From positions 161,654 to 225,653 of the forward strand of contig NMRA01000566.1 in assembly GCA_002633005.1 (NCBI GenBank): a DNA stretch of 64,000 nt. Reading direction: 5' to 3'. Shown piece by piece: positions 17,301 through 32,300 of this stretch. This stretch comes from Phoronis australis. Taxonomy: Eukaryota > Animalia > Phoronida. Each line of letters opens with the position of its first letter. Position 1 is the stretch's first letter. The notes beneath the pieces were generated by a model that was not told where the DNA came from, did not search any database, and was given only the letters and a program-made list of their open reading frames with translations. The translations under genes and the position numbers were made by a program.

Positions 17301-20300
17301 AACGTGCTTTGAACGTATGTATAACTTATATCGAACTTATCTCCTACGCATATTGACGTATGTAGACGTATTTAACATGTTCCGGACGACCACAGAACTT
17401 ACTGAACGTGTTTCTAACGTACAGCTGCCGTATAATGGCGTATTGGTAGCGTTTAGGGGAATTGGGATATAAAAATGGGGTTCACAGGAGGAACCCGTCA
17501 GTACTCCTCTAGATTTCATGGTGAGCAGATGTTCATATCATCCGAGAGATGGAGGATCCGGCAAGGCTGAGACGAGAATACCTACTAGCTGTTCTCCAAC
17601 ATCAAAATGACCTCATCGATTTGACACTTTACCAGTTGCGTGCCAATAAAGCCAGGAGAAGAAGAGGTGAACGGAGGAGAAAGAACTGGGTGAGACCATG
17701 GATCAGGAGGCGACGTCAGTTTGGCATATATGACCAGCTTATGGTGGAACTCCGTAAGGAGGACCATACATCCTTCACTAATTTCCTGCGTATGCCCCCA
17801 GCGATGTTCGACGAGCTGCTAGCCAGAGTGGGTCCAAGGATAATCAAGCAGCACACCTTCTTCAGGGATCCGCTTGAGCCGGGCATGAAGCTGGACTTGA
17901 CATTGCGTCACCTTGCCTCTGGGAACAAGTATGCCTCGATGAAGTTNNNNNNNNNNNNNNNNNNNNNNNNNNNNNNNNNNNNNNNNNNNNNNNNNNNNNN
18001 NNNNNNNNNNNNNNNNAAGTTGTGTACGCCGGCAACACGCTAGGCATTCGTTGGAATAAGTTATCTATAAGTTATCGAAACGTTCTATATAATTTACTGA
18101 TACGTTATGTATACGTCCAACTCGTTATGAATACGCTATGTATACGCCCAAAATTGAAAAAAAAATCGATAATTCAGCGTATGCCAGCGTTTTAGGGAAA
18201 TTCTGATATGTCGGCGTACGCTGGCTAAATCGTCAAGGTGTGACAGGGCCATAAGTAATATGTTGCGTCGTATCTCTCCATCAGAAGAATACGCACATAT
18301 CACATACAAACTGTATTATAAACTCATTGCTTGAACATAAACCTTTATGGCTTAGAATTAACCTGAGAAAGAAGCGTATCCGTCAGTCATATCTTGTTTT
18401 GAAGTGTGTAATCCATCCAAAACAACCAATCCAGAATTGTAATGATATAGGTCTAGAGCATGGGCGGTGCACCACAGGGGCTGGGGTGGCACTTTTTCAG
18501 TGGTGCACCGCCCATTTAGAAGCATTTCTTCAGTACAGGTCAACTGAAATCTGCACAAACCTTTTGTTTGCATTCTCCTCTGGAACAGTCTTGACACAGC
18601 CCGTCATATGCTGTGAACATGGATTCCTCACTCCATATGTTGCCGTCGTTACTGACAGAGATCATAACACCTGATGCTGGTTTACCTAGTGACAACAGGT
18701 GGACAAGACACTGAAGATGCTCGACCTCTCCCCCATTGGGCCAAAAGGTGTGCAAAATGACATACGTGTACGTGTGTACTGACAATGATGCTGAATTCAG
18801 TAGGTGCGTATACCATTCTCCATTCAGTTTGGGATTATGAAAATCGAGCAGGAGCAACAGAGGAGCACGTCACCAGTAATTTGAACTTAACTAGCTCTTA
18901 ATTCAAGCGACGCAGATGATTTCGTTTTAATGATGAAAGTACATGTACGTATTACGGTTGTACAATGACTGCTAGTAAGACGTCCGTGTTTTTTCGTAAT
19001 TGTTTTGAAAATGTTCAGCGTTCCCCTTCCCTCTTAATGTTAGAAACAAAATAAGTTAATGAGTATAAATTAGTGGACTTTAACTACTTTTATCCAAATC
19101 GAGTACACCTGAACTTGATCGTTTCATAAATAGTACGAATACTAACCACGACCAGCTCGTGGGACAGGCAGGCTGCACGCTACCTCTCTGAAACTTTCGA
19201 ATTCTGCTGCTACCAGCCGGTACCTGGAGGTGGGATGCACAGCAGCAAAAGGTCGTCCGTCGACAACCTATAATGAAAATTTGTTGTCAATGGGCATCTG
19301 GTAAGTACTAAGGAAATTGTACCATATTTTGGAGAGATCACTCAAAAATGGGACTGTCATGTGCGAGTGCGCGTTCAGTAACTACCTTGAGAAACAAATA
19401 CTTTGGTACATTGAACGAAAGAAAACATTCTCATCCATGCTCACATAGTCATGCATTGAAAAATCTTCAAAAATGTTCTAATTTTAATCCCTTCTACTTA
19501 CTGTTTTAAATAAATGAAAATTTCGAACTCGTCTCCTTTAGATCACACAGTCCACAATTGACGACGTAAGCTTGCATGCATGTGCGAGTAACTTGTTAGT
19601 TAATTCCTAACTTAGAACGTTCGGGTTCTGAGATAGAACACATTGGAGAACCGTCGACGATTCCTACTACATGTATGTCAAGCTGCGCCCTTTAAGTATC
19701 AAAGACCCTACAGTGGCGGCAGGTACACTAGTCATAACAAACATTAAGTTAATGCTTTTTTATTTTACAAACCTCAACATTGCGAATGCGACACGTCAGT
19801 TTCGTAGAGTCCATCAAGTTGTCAGCTGAAAGGAAGGCTGTTTGGCAAGGCCTTTTCCTTATGTCACAATATCCGCCCCTGTAATATATAGTGAGTACAA
19901 TTGTCATCCTGGTACCAAATCCATATAAGTGTACGAGTGGTTCTTTGTGCAGCAGTTTTGCTACAGAAGTGTGTGATGGATCATGGTCTGTGTACTGGTA
20001 AACTGCAGGCACCAAGCTTGTTTATTCCAACGGCTATAAATGGCAATACATCACATTTTCTTGGTCACTAACATTATCTGTCATTTTTAATTCTGAAGAG
20101 CATCTGCACCAGCACGGTGAAATCGTGGTCAACACCGTCATATTTACAATTTGACAAACAATCGTTGACGAAGATCCAAGTGAAATGAAAAAAACTAATG
20201 ATCAGTCTAGGCACAGAACGTAGAAAACGTAATGGAAACCAGGAGAGGTATGAAATGCTTCAATTCAAAAATTTTCAGAGTTTCAACATACACCTACCTG

Positions 20301-23300
20301 GCAATTTCAAAGACTTTCGGAGGAGTGTTGAGGGTGATTGAGCAGTCAACCCCGGCAAAGTCTTTATTACAGGTACACTTCCCTTTGCTACAGGTTCCCT
20401 TCAAACTGCAATCATTGGGACACAAATCTTCTGTTATGAAGGGTGGCGGTACCTCAGTGCCTGGAGAGAAACAATCGACACTATAACAAACTAAGTTGGG
20501 TCTTTCATCAAGACGTGGCTAAGAAGAACAGCTCACATGCAGGTACACTATCATGTTGCAATGATTAATCGATTTTAATTTTTATAAATTCATAAAGTTT
20601 CACGTCAAAACGTCTTATGGAGAAGATAACAGGTAATGACCAACCCATTTTGGTACTGAAGCCTTAGAACTAATTGATGTCATGTGCCCAACATTGACCG
20701 CTTTACAGATAAAGGAAATTTTTATAGGAGCAATGAATCGCGACATGTTGAATTGTTAGAGCACATACAATGCATGCAGTGTACCGATAAAGCTGCATAT
20801 TGTGCATCCGTTTCCATAATAAAATGCCAGTTTTTTACATTTTACTACACTCACTTGTAGTTCATTTTTCAACAAATATAATTATTCCATATTTCATTAT
20901 GGTTGCCTCGTGCTTGAATATAACTGGTGGTAAGTACATTAAATAGTCAGATTACAGCTGATACATAAAGTCAGCACCATTATCTCCCTTGACATAGTTG
21001 GCGGGATCTTTAAGGATCATCTCCTGACATGCATCCTCTAGTTTGCTCAGGCTTGCTCTTGCAAAGTCTGTGTCGTCAGAAATCTAGAAGAAAAAGCTAC
21101 ATTTGACTCAAAAGGATGACTAAGCAGGTTTGTGTGAACAGGTGGGTGTGTCACAATGTGAAGGGAGGTCTATCTCATCAATGATGGCGCTGTCATGCGT
21201 CTCAGACAGCAGCATTAATTCAAAAAGACGAACGACCCCGTGGAGAAGAAAACCGGATATGATGGTAAAATTGAATGATCGTGATTGGGCGGTAGGAAAA
21301 AAGGCAATTACGTGGCAGATGTTATACTCGCCCTGATAGCCAGGCGCATGATGAACTAATGTAAATCGGCGATATTCCAAAAAGGTACAATAGATACCAA
21401 AACTAATTTGACGAAATGTCGTTACCTCATCACGTCATTTCAGTAATTCTGATGGTGAATACGCTTAAACATCCTGTCGTTTCACACTGTTTCTACCCGA
21501 TTATTTTGGTGTGCGCTTTTTAGTAAACCCCAAGAAATCGCCTTTTGCATTATTTCCAGGTTATCATTCCTTGCATGCACTCTCTACTAAGATAGATCTC
21601 AGAGGAGAAGGAGCCACCTTTGTGCAATACTCAATTGCCTGCCAATAAAGTCAGGAGTCCGAAGGTCAAACCACATTGTCTCCTCTTGCTTCAGTCAAAC
21701 GTAATTCTATGATACGAAAACGAAATAGTTTACGGAAGTTCAGTACAGACATAATGTAGCATAACAAGGCGGCTACTTCACAAGCAGTTAGCAACAGGTA
21801 AGTGGATCATGAAAAAGACCTTGCGACCTATTGAACTTTAAATCATTGGTGGAGAAAAGTTGCAAAAGAGAATTAATATTTTTCAAGATTTATCCACGCG
21901 CAATATAACATACCTTGAGATCTTCTACACAGTCACTAATGATGGAGTCAATATTGATCTTTGATTTGTCACACCTCTTGATCAGACTTGACTTGAAAAG
22001 TGTGTTCTTGCAGAAGGCTCTCGCTTGTATTTCAGTTCTACCACTTGGCGTGGGGAAATTTGGAACGACAACGACATCGTCTGAAAAGAAGTGTTACATT
22101 TTAAAACATTATATCGGGTTTTATTTGGCCAGCACGCCACTTTGACCACGTAAATCATGTTAGTGTGACCTAGTGATTACCAGTCCGAAAAGATTTCTGC
22201 TCAAACAGCAGACCAGACGTGAAATGTGCGAAATACAATTCCACACCGGTTTAAGAATTACATATTTGTATTTAAATCAGTATCTTAGGCATTTAAATAT
22301 CAAGTTGTGATAAGAATTGCGATATTAAACCTGGAATCTGATGATCTGAGCATCTTCACAAGAATAAAGTTTTCTTACGAGCAATGCAACAAGAGGCGGT
22401 CATCATAAACGACCTTTCTTCCACAAGTAACTCACCTTTGCTTCCATAGTTAAAGACATACTGGTCATCCTCGTCCGTATCAAGGTCGTGGTAAGTTGTG
22501 TCTCGACGCAAACGAGTCTTCTTGTTAACCTTGTCTGTAACATCTTTCCATTTGTTGACGGACTAAAGCAAGAGTATCGCCATTACATACATGTACACAC
22601 ATACAAATACATAATTATACACATGCATGCAAATACACGCCCACACGCTTGCAAGCATGCACGCACGGACATACAGAAATATACTGGGACCATTTTGTCG
22701 CCAATTTATCTCTCCACATTTTTTACAATAGTACTTTATCAAACAACCGCAACACTTTTGATCAGCCATTTAATCAATAAAGCAACGTAGAACACAAGCA
22801 TAGAAGTTTTTTGCTGAATATTTCATTTCTCACCCTTTTCACTGGGTCATCGACCTTGTTTTGCACACGGCAGTCCACTTTGCCAGTTTGCGTTTGACAC
22901 TTGCAGAACGGAGGGTTGTATTCAAATCGTTTTTCGTGCTGAGGAACAGAGTCGAACAGGCTGGTTCCATACGGAATTCTGTACAAGAAAATAATCAAAT
23001 GTAACTTTATTACGTGCAGCATTTAGTCATCGATCTTTTTGCGGTAAGTGCGAGAACTCGCTTGCTGGTGTGTAACGACCGCTAACAAGTGTTGAAACCA
23101 TGCGCACCACTCGATGTCGCGTGGATGTTATGTAGATCTACAGTTCTGACTTATCAAAAGACCTTTCTATTAAATAAGTTTCAATAGAGCAAATCAAAAA
23201 ATAAGAAGCCACAATATAGATGAGTGTTAATTATATGTTGTAATAATTTGTGGTCCTCGAACTAATTACTTTGGCGAGACTGACATATTTCAGGCACTGA

Positions 23301-26300
23301 TAGGAGTGTCACATAAGAATATTGTCACGTTACGTACCTCAATAATGACTCAACGACATCAGTTACATTCTTTAACCATTACGGATGCATTTGTGTATAA
23401 TGAGACAATTCGATGTTGGTCAGTACTATTTGACATATTGTAAAAGAAAAATAGACAACATTTGCTAAACTTGTGCAGTTTTATAAAAAGAGTTGCATCG
23501 TAAAAATTAACTTTTACTTGGTCCAATCTTAAGTTCAATAGAGTTTTTTGCTTCGATGTAAAGGACACTATGGAGATCTGTTGTTTAAACACGCCAAATG
23601 TTACCTCCAAGATTCGAAGAACTGTTTTGGGAAGACATCCCTTTGGTTGGTGTATACTTTCCCGCCTTTCATCGTGTAGTCATTGGCGGCATTGTTATCG
23701 AACGTGCCGCAGATACCTTCGGTCACAGTGAAGTCGTCAGAGGTTGCTTGGGTGTAGACGTTTAAGCCGTAATACTCTGCGCCTGCTTTAACCCACCCTC
23801 CAGATGGGAAGAAGAACTAGACAAAAATATCGTGCACCTCCTTGATAAAGGAACAAAGTCAATTATCCAGAAAGACTTTCCTGTGGCTTTAACTCACGTT
23901 CATGTGTTAAAAATTTTAACTTTCTTAACAGACGTGCATTAGATCTGACAAAGCAACGCCAACGCGTTCTTCCTTGAAATTTGGTTAAAACCTATCAACT
24001 GATAGCCGGCACGACAATCAATTAAATGGGGTTGGACTGAAGCAATAACAATTCGATATACTGAAAAACCGTTTACAATCTGAGTACAGATCAAGACCTA
24101 TAATAAGAGTATTGGATTGTAAATTTTTCTAACTTTGCAAATGTTGTCATATTGTCTTTATCATGTGATTTTTATTTTGACCGTAGGTATAGGAGAAAAG
24201 TTATGAATCGTAACCAGATCTTCTTTCATTACTTTATGCCCAATTTAATGCCATTCCGTGAATTCTACGAGAAAATTTTAGGTTTTTGCACAAAAATGAT
24301 TTCAATACTTAGAGTATTGTGTTTAATTTCTGAATAGTTGCTAAGTCCGTACCTGGAACCATTTTCCTGAAGGGTCCCGTTTAATGCTTGTTCCATCAAG
24401 GAGTTGGTTTTTCGACTTGACTTTCAGTTTTGGCGTCGTCTTGCCCCATCGTCCGTTGCACATGTCTAATGTAATGACGTCATTTCCTTCGCGAATGGCA
24501 ATTGCACAAATGCAAGAGACTTTCCAGCAGGTCCATGTTCGAATTTGCAACTAAAAGAAAAGTGATAATCTACTTTAGTTGACAGCAAGTTTACATGATG
24601 GTTATCTACCCATGATGTATAAAAATATGTACATGTACCTCGCTATTTTATGTTTAGATAAAATAAGAACTCAATTTGATTCAGACAAAATTCTACCTCA
24701 AATGGCCTCTTTTTACTTTTGTGCATCACATACTCTCCGACATTGTAAAGATGGTACGCTCTGGAAAAAGAAACAAACACCATCGATTGCATGAACACGC
24801 TTGGTACATATGTCCTTTGCGACACAAGTATTTCCGGGGTAGTGTTTTGTTGATGATTACATGTACATTGTGTGTAAGTGTTATATCTGTCGTGTGAGAA
24901 GTTCAAATAATACTTTTTGATTCAAGCAGTTTATGACAGTGTAACTACACAGAAAATGCTATATGTTATTGCATATAACAATGTTGAAATTCAGTTGGTT
25001 GTCTTCAAATCGTACCAGGAGATTTTTTTAAATTTAAAACGCATTAGCGAAACCTGTTCCTATTAACAATAGTCCGATGTAACAAATATCCCGTTAACTA
25101 ACAAAAACATTTGTAATTGAAGAATGCGTTCTAATCTTGTTATCCCTTTTCACTTCTTGTTACGATGTGGGTGATATCGGCAAGCTTCAGTGCAACTAGG
25201 CAGTGATCATCGTCTCTAGTTGAACTACAGACGGTGTACATGTAGCTCCTGTAGGAGCTCCATACAACGGAAGCTTTTCGGCGAATTGTGCCTCATACTC
25301 ACTAAAACATCAATGCCACGCTATTATCAATACCTTTTGCGCATAGAGGGACATGTCTGTAGCTCAGCTAAAGACGGTGGTCACTGTCTGCAGGGCAACG
25401 TGCTATGATTTAGACCATCTACTGACCACTGTGGAAATGGTACATGTATCTAATTAAATGTTATTGAGGCGTTGTCAGGGCTTCGAAAGAGTTGTCAGTT
25501 CGCTGTTGCTTAAGATCAGGTCATTTGAAGTTGGCTTGTCACGGCACCTCATTTCATGCATCGAGCATGGTCTACAGAAATAAAGAGCTATCAGCTCTTT
25601 GCAGACACAGAAACTATTTCTCACCTGAGTAAAGAACAAGGTGATAGCAACATCATAGCTGAGTTAAAAGGTCTTAATCAAAAGTGGAACTCTGGCTTAT
25701 AACTGCTTTAAGTGCCGAGGTGAAAGCTAGCAAGAAAATACGTTGGTTTCAGAAACACGTATGGTCTTATGTTCAAGGTAGTCCAAGGTGTTTACAATAC
25801 GCTCTATTACTTACGCTTTGCGATCAAACCCGACAAAATGAGGGTCTCCAGTACCCTGGCAACGTTGAGTTCCTTCGTCTTTAGTAATTAACTGAAACGA
25901 TGTTTAAATGCCTCTGGTAAAATGTTCGACTTCACAAAATATAAAGTCAATCTCATATACAAGTAGGGTAGTAAATTCTAATCTTTGACCAAGTATTGCA
26001 AACGAGTTAAATTTTGGACTTCGTGTTGACAGTTTGGGAAATATTCTCCAAAATCATTACGTATACTTGCATGAACATTAACTCGTACACCTTATCAAAT
26101 TTGACCGGGATGAAGCTATGAGCTTAGAAATCTACAAGTGATGTGAGGAATGTGTACAGGTAACATCTCATGTGGTTAATGTTAATGGCTCACCTTTACA
26201 GAGCTTGGCTTGTACTCATCCCAAATGGCGGGACTGAAGCTGAAGAGTGGCTTAAAATTGACTTCCATACTCTTATCACCGTCATTTCTGAAATCTCTCG

Positions 26301-29300
26301 TGGCCAAAACGCTGAATTTAGTCTTTGCTTTCTTGGTCTTAGCGTCCCAATCTTCAGTCCTTATAGTTCTGATACACGACTCCGATGCCACCAGGTCAGC
26401 TGCAACCATGGAAACAAAGTCCTAAAATTACTGTTCAGTTTTGGTGCATAACCAAGAACAGAAACCAATCTTAGGACGGCGAAAGATACCCCGGCAAGGT
26501 GATATCGTGTCCCTGACGAAAGCCTGCCAGTGTAGCTTCTCATTACACATATTTTGCACATAAATTAAACAGCGTTAGGTAAAAGCTAAGATCTGAAATT
26601 TACACCTACCGATAGTCTTTGCTTTAATGTCCATCTCAATGTCAATCTGGCAGAAGAAAGCCATCCGATGCTCGCACACGATGGGAATGGTGGAAGTGAT
26701 TGTAACCTCTTTCGTCTCCTCTTTCTCCCCAACTTCCAGAACAAGAGGATCGACCTTAGCACAAAACAACGAAACTTTGAACAAAGACAACTTCAATGGG
26801 TAACTTTTGCAGGTGGTTGTCGATATGTTGAATGAAGCTGATAATACTTTTATCAGAACTGAAAAGGGGGGGATGTGATTGCACAACTCTCATAAATTTA
26901 AATTCACATACATGTAAATGGGTTCTTCTCATAAAACTATGCACTGCATCCCACTGCTTCAAAGCAGACGTGTGCATACAACTTTCTAAGTCGTCAGGTC
27001 GCAGTATGGGTAACTGCAGCACAAATTGCGTTGTATGAGGCCTCGTTTCGAAAGCAGAAAGTGGAGAAGTAACAGAAAACGTAGACTTTTGCAAATAGTA
27101 AATAGTAGATCAAGCGCGGCACTTACGAGTCTTGTTGACCTCTGGCTGACGAGGATCTCTTTTATGACGTCAGAAATGTTGCATATTGCGTGCCCCACTA
27201 ATACGTAAACGTATCATTATTGACTTGTCACAGTTTGCGTCCTGAAGATTTGGTGCAAACATTTGTACGCGGAAAATGTGCAAAGGTGGTAACAAATTGG
27301 TGTCTGGAGCAAACCCGAGATACGGCAGTTGCCATACTTGTAGTGTACAGACAACACATAACCACTCATCTCATTGCATGCAATTACACCTAAGACAATA
27401 ACTGTACAAAGAATATGTTAATTAGTATAAAAATAATTTAATTCTCAAAACAATTGACAAGGTTCGTACACCTGTATGAGCTAACATACCTGAATACCGA
27501 CCCAGTATCCATTACTCTCCTTCCACGGGCTAAATCTTCCGCTTTTCTCGTAAGTTGAACGCACCCGGCAACTCACCTACAAATTGATCAGAGTATAGTT
27601 GTTTGAAACTGAAACATTTCGCGCAAGCCTGCATTACTTGAACGATGTATCAGCCCTTTTACACGCTACGGGGAATGTTCGTCGTGAGTAATAGCAATAA
27701 ATATGTAATAGAATTGAAGCAAATTGAATAATTTGATATATAAAGACTCAGACTCCTCCTTCGTTCGAATAATATCTGTAAGCCAGGGTCGGCTGAGTTT
27801 TGTCTTCTGAGACTCCTGGCCAGAGGATTTTAATTTAATTTTAATTTGTTTATTGTCTGTTATCCATTGAATCGTATTACAAATAAATAAATAAATTAAT
27901 AAAACATTCTTTAATCATCCGAACAGGTGATCAATAAAAAAGAGAACGAAGAAATAGAAAGGATAATATTAACTGGCCGGTATGAAGTCACTGGACATGT
28001 TATCCATGACAGTTTCTTTATGACCTTGTGAAGAGTTTGTCCAGTAATGATTTAAAGTGTGAGCGCCTTACTTCGTAATAAAAACACTAAATAATTATAC
28101 TTGGTCTTTGCATAATCTAATAGCACTAAATTGTACCCAGGCAATAACAGCACATTGAAACACGCGAAACTACAAATGGGAGAATGGATCTCACTCGAAT
28201 TGAAATTCATATTTTCAAAAAGGATCAACGTAATATTTCAGGGAAGACTAATTGATGGACCGTGTATGTAGCTGAAAATGCGTTTAATTCAATAACTGTC
28301 AGTAATTACATGTAGATGTAGTGATTGGAGATAAAATTGCGCTTTGTGCCAGGGGGTTAAGTGTTTTACTCATGACGAATTCGTGTTACTCTTGCATGAC
28401 GAATGGGCAGTTCAGGACGCCACACCATGGTGTAGATGGCACGACATCTGTTTACAGATGCCGTGTACTTTTTACTACAATATCAAAATTCAGGTTCATT
28501 TGGATTACACGTTTTAAGTGACTATAAATCCACCCTCATCACAAAGACATATTTTGAGTTAGATTATTTACGGTTTTGAAATTCGTCTACGAAGTGGGGG
28601 TAGTGTCAGGACTTTAAAGAAGTGACAAGAGTTGTTTTGTATCAAGCTCTACAACGTATCTTGTCACGGCATGTCATTTTAAGCACCGATGATGCTCTCA
28701 AGGAGATGTGTGGTCTTTACAAGCGCAGAAATACATGTAACCACAACTCGTCTAATGAAAGAACAAGCACGTTTGTAACGATAAATGTCAAAATTTTGCC
28801 TCTTAGACTCGGGAACAAGGGTTTATAGCTGCTCAAAGGTAGAAGACACTTCGTAACTGCTCACCGATTTCCCCATGTTTCTCTTGAGGAATTTCTGAGC
28901 TAGAGGCACTACTTTTACATCACCCTTGACTCGTCGAGTTGGAACATTCTGATTTTGCTCGTGATCGAATAGCCACGTGACTTCGTAGATGCTATCTTTA
29001 TCGCTGGAATCCACGTTCAGATGGCAGTTGAAGTTGAACGTGATTGGTTTTCCATCTTGATATTCAATGTCCGGACCAGACATAGTTGGCGGGCCTTTCA
29101 TTCTCGGGAATGCAGCTAAAACTCACAAGAGTAAAGGTTCGAGCCACCACCAATATGAGATTCCATAAGTATTCTTTTTCAAACTGCGATTAACCCTCCA
29201 TGGGGGGTTTTTGAGAATTGTTTTGCATGTCTGGTACAAGTGAAAATATGGGATTTCAATATTCTTCAGTTTTGGCCTTTGACCTTTAATACATTGTATA

Positions 29301-32300
29301 GATGACCATTTGTCAACGTGAACATCCTCAGACTTCTATTATACCTTAAAAGTTTCCTCAGACTTCTATTATACCTTAAAAGTTTCCGACAAAGTGAAGC
29401 TTTCCTCTTGTAACTTATCTTAAAAGCCTACAGCTTTTAGAAGGAGATGTGGACGCCAGTTCAAAATTCCGAAAGAGCCTCACCACTTGTTTTCGAAATT
29501 ACGCCCAGCGAACTCCTTCGGAAATCCCTGGTAAATGTTTATGCCAACGCGTGTTCAAACTGCTTCGAGTTCAACTTCACCCTTTATTTTCTTAATAACA
29601 TGTTGGGTGACATGTTTCTTCACTTGAAGATGCTGTATTTTCTGCAATTTTACGAAGTGGCTCCACAGTCGAAAGCATATAATAATGTTAAATATAGTTC
29701 TCATCAACCACAAGAACAAGTTTCAGTGAAAACTCCTTCCAAATGTGCTGTACACAAGCATGTGTGGGAAGAACGCCACATAGAGCCATTTGATCAAATA
29801 ATTAGCTCTTAGCTGCAAGGGGGGGGGGCGAGGTTACATGTACTACTTTTTGGTACAGTATAGCAAGTGACGCATCAAGACACAAGAATCACGCAAAACG
29901 CCACGCATTACAAGCAAAGCCCCTTTCTTTCTCTCGCTTTACTTACGGGATCGTTTCATCGGACGCGAATATACAAGATCACACGAGATATCTCCGCGTA
30001 TTACACGTGAAGCACGTGAGCAAAATTTTCTCAAGAGTTCCCTGTGTTCACGGAGCGCAATCCAGTTTTGTATGAAGTCGGCCAAACAGAATATTATATC
30101 AGAAGTGTCTTCATACAATTGATGCCTTTCGTATAATTTAATCACGACACCTGCATTGCTAACGCACTGACTAACAAACGGATTTTCGATGAAGCAAAAT
30201 CTTGGCGGAGGCCACAAAAACGGAATGTCGGTAGCGTTTTTTCAGTCATGCTCATTGGGGCGGGCCCCTACATTTCCTAGTACAACTGCATCTACTACAA
30301 AATATTTGCTATAAGCAGGAGGTTTCATATTTTCAAGTGTGTTCCTCAAGTAGAGACTGGCGTTTATCAGAAACCTGCGTTTATTAAACTCTAGGCCAAA
30401 CTTTGAAAAAGCCGAGAAATATATTTTCTGATGTCGTGTCACGTTATAACAGTATCTCATGTTGTTAATAATATAAGCATATTAGCTTCACTTTTCGGTG
30501 CTTTGCACCTTCCCTATATGGCATCCAAAACATAATGGCCATATCTGACTACTATTGGTGAGCCGAATTATATTAAGGAGCTGGTGTTTATTAATTTCAG
30601 GGCACACAATTCCCCAGCTCAAACATGTACGAGAAGCTTTTGATGAACACAGTTACGGAGTTTCAGTAACGATGCTACATGTATGTTTCTATGAATTAAG
30701 TATCTGCACCAATATACCTTTGCAAGGAGAAAATCCAGTTGCAGAAAATTGATCCAGTGGACAAGGCGTTTCAGTTCCTGCAATAAGACAAGATTTAATC
30801 AGGTATTTATCATGGCCATGACAAGACACAGTTGTATTATTTAAGTCAACGATATACATGTTAGGGGCACCAATTGTGCACAAATATTGAACATTGGTAA
30901 CACAGTTTTGAGTGCTTTGTATATTTTTGAAATATACTTAGCATTACGGTTGTGCACAGTAGTGCCATAAAAGCGTTTGGAAAGTCATATATCAAAAATA
31001 GCTTGGTGTATTCACCGTAAATTTTAGGTACGGTGATTTTTTAACTGTTCTCCAAGACGAGTTACCAAGGACTGGAAATTTATGATTTTTATGAAAAACG
31101 GAAAAGAAGCATGAAAATCACACGAAATGTTAAAGTAGAAAACTAAAACCATAAGACCGTTTTCGAGATTTAATCTTGAACATTTCTATCAAACGAAATT
31201 TGGTCAGGTTATTAATGTCGCTTTGTTTGCAAAATTTTACTAAAAAATGATCACGTGACTTACTGAACGAAAAATTGGCAAAAGTCAAACATCACGTTCT
31301 TCAAGTTTTCTGTTTCAGAAATTATGTACTTTTCCTGAGTTAAATGCAACAATTCTCTTTGGATATCCGGCTGATTGCGTAGGCTTGTCAAATGAATGCG
31401 GCTTCACCGCCTTAAAGAATTTGTCACTAGAAAATAAAGTTTTAGTTAGTTTACTCCAACGTGTGTTTGCAGATGGAATAAAAACATTTTGAATTAAGAT
31501 CACACCTGTGACAAATTATCTTCATTAAGGCATCTTTACATAACGTAAATTCCATAATCTATATGTAATCCAAATTCATACCTGCGCAGTAGGCCACAGA
31601 ACATCCGGGTGCTCTCTTGAGTCTGTATACGTAGAACTCGTTGTCATTTCCGTCCTTGCAAGTTTTGACACTGATAGGCCATTGCATAGAGCAGCATGTT
31701 TTTGGAAGCAGCGGGTCATACGTCGGCATGTTCACGCATGCGATCCGTGTTACCTCGCCCTCCCCAAACTTTGGGTGTGCTCCTTTCATCCAAATAGGAG
31801 CGTGCGTGCCGCATTTGAATTGTTGGACGCACGAGGTTGGCATGGCGCCACCTACAGAGAATTACATAGAACTATGAGATTATTTTCATTTCATCTGACA
31901 ATTGTTTTTAAAAGACGCAACGCTCTGTTAAGTTTTCAGTTTATCTATCACAAATTTCTAGTTCAAATAATAAATTCAGCAGAAAACAACTTTTGAAATT
32001 AAGACTCATTTTTGTCGGAGCCTCTGCTTGTCTTTGAAATTGACCTACGCGTATTTTAGCTACATGTCGCCCTGTTTAGCAAAAATCGAATAAGGTTGGA
32101 ATCCTGTCACAATAAGGAATATTATGACAGCGATTTTAGATAGCATTAAAGGCCTATAAGATTTTCCATTTTGACGAGCGTTTAGTTGGGTTGTTTTCGT
32201 ACACCGCAAGACACCGCTAGCTTGCAATCACAGCGAAGAGTTCTCCTATAAATGTAATCTACCCCAAGTCAAAACTTCTATATCACCCAAGACCGGCCAA

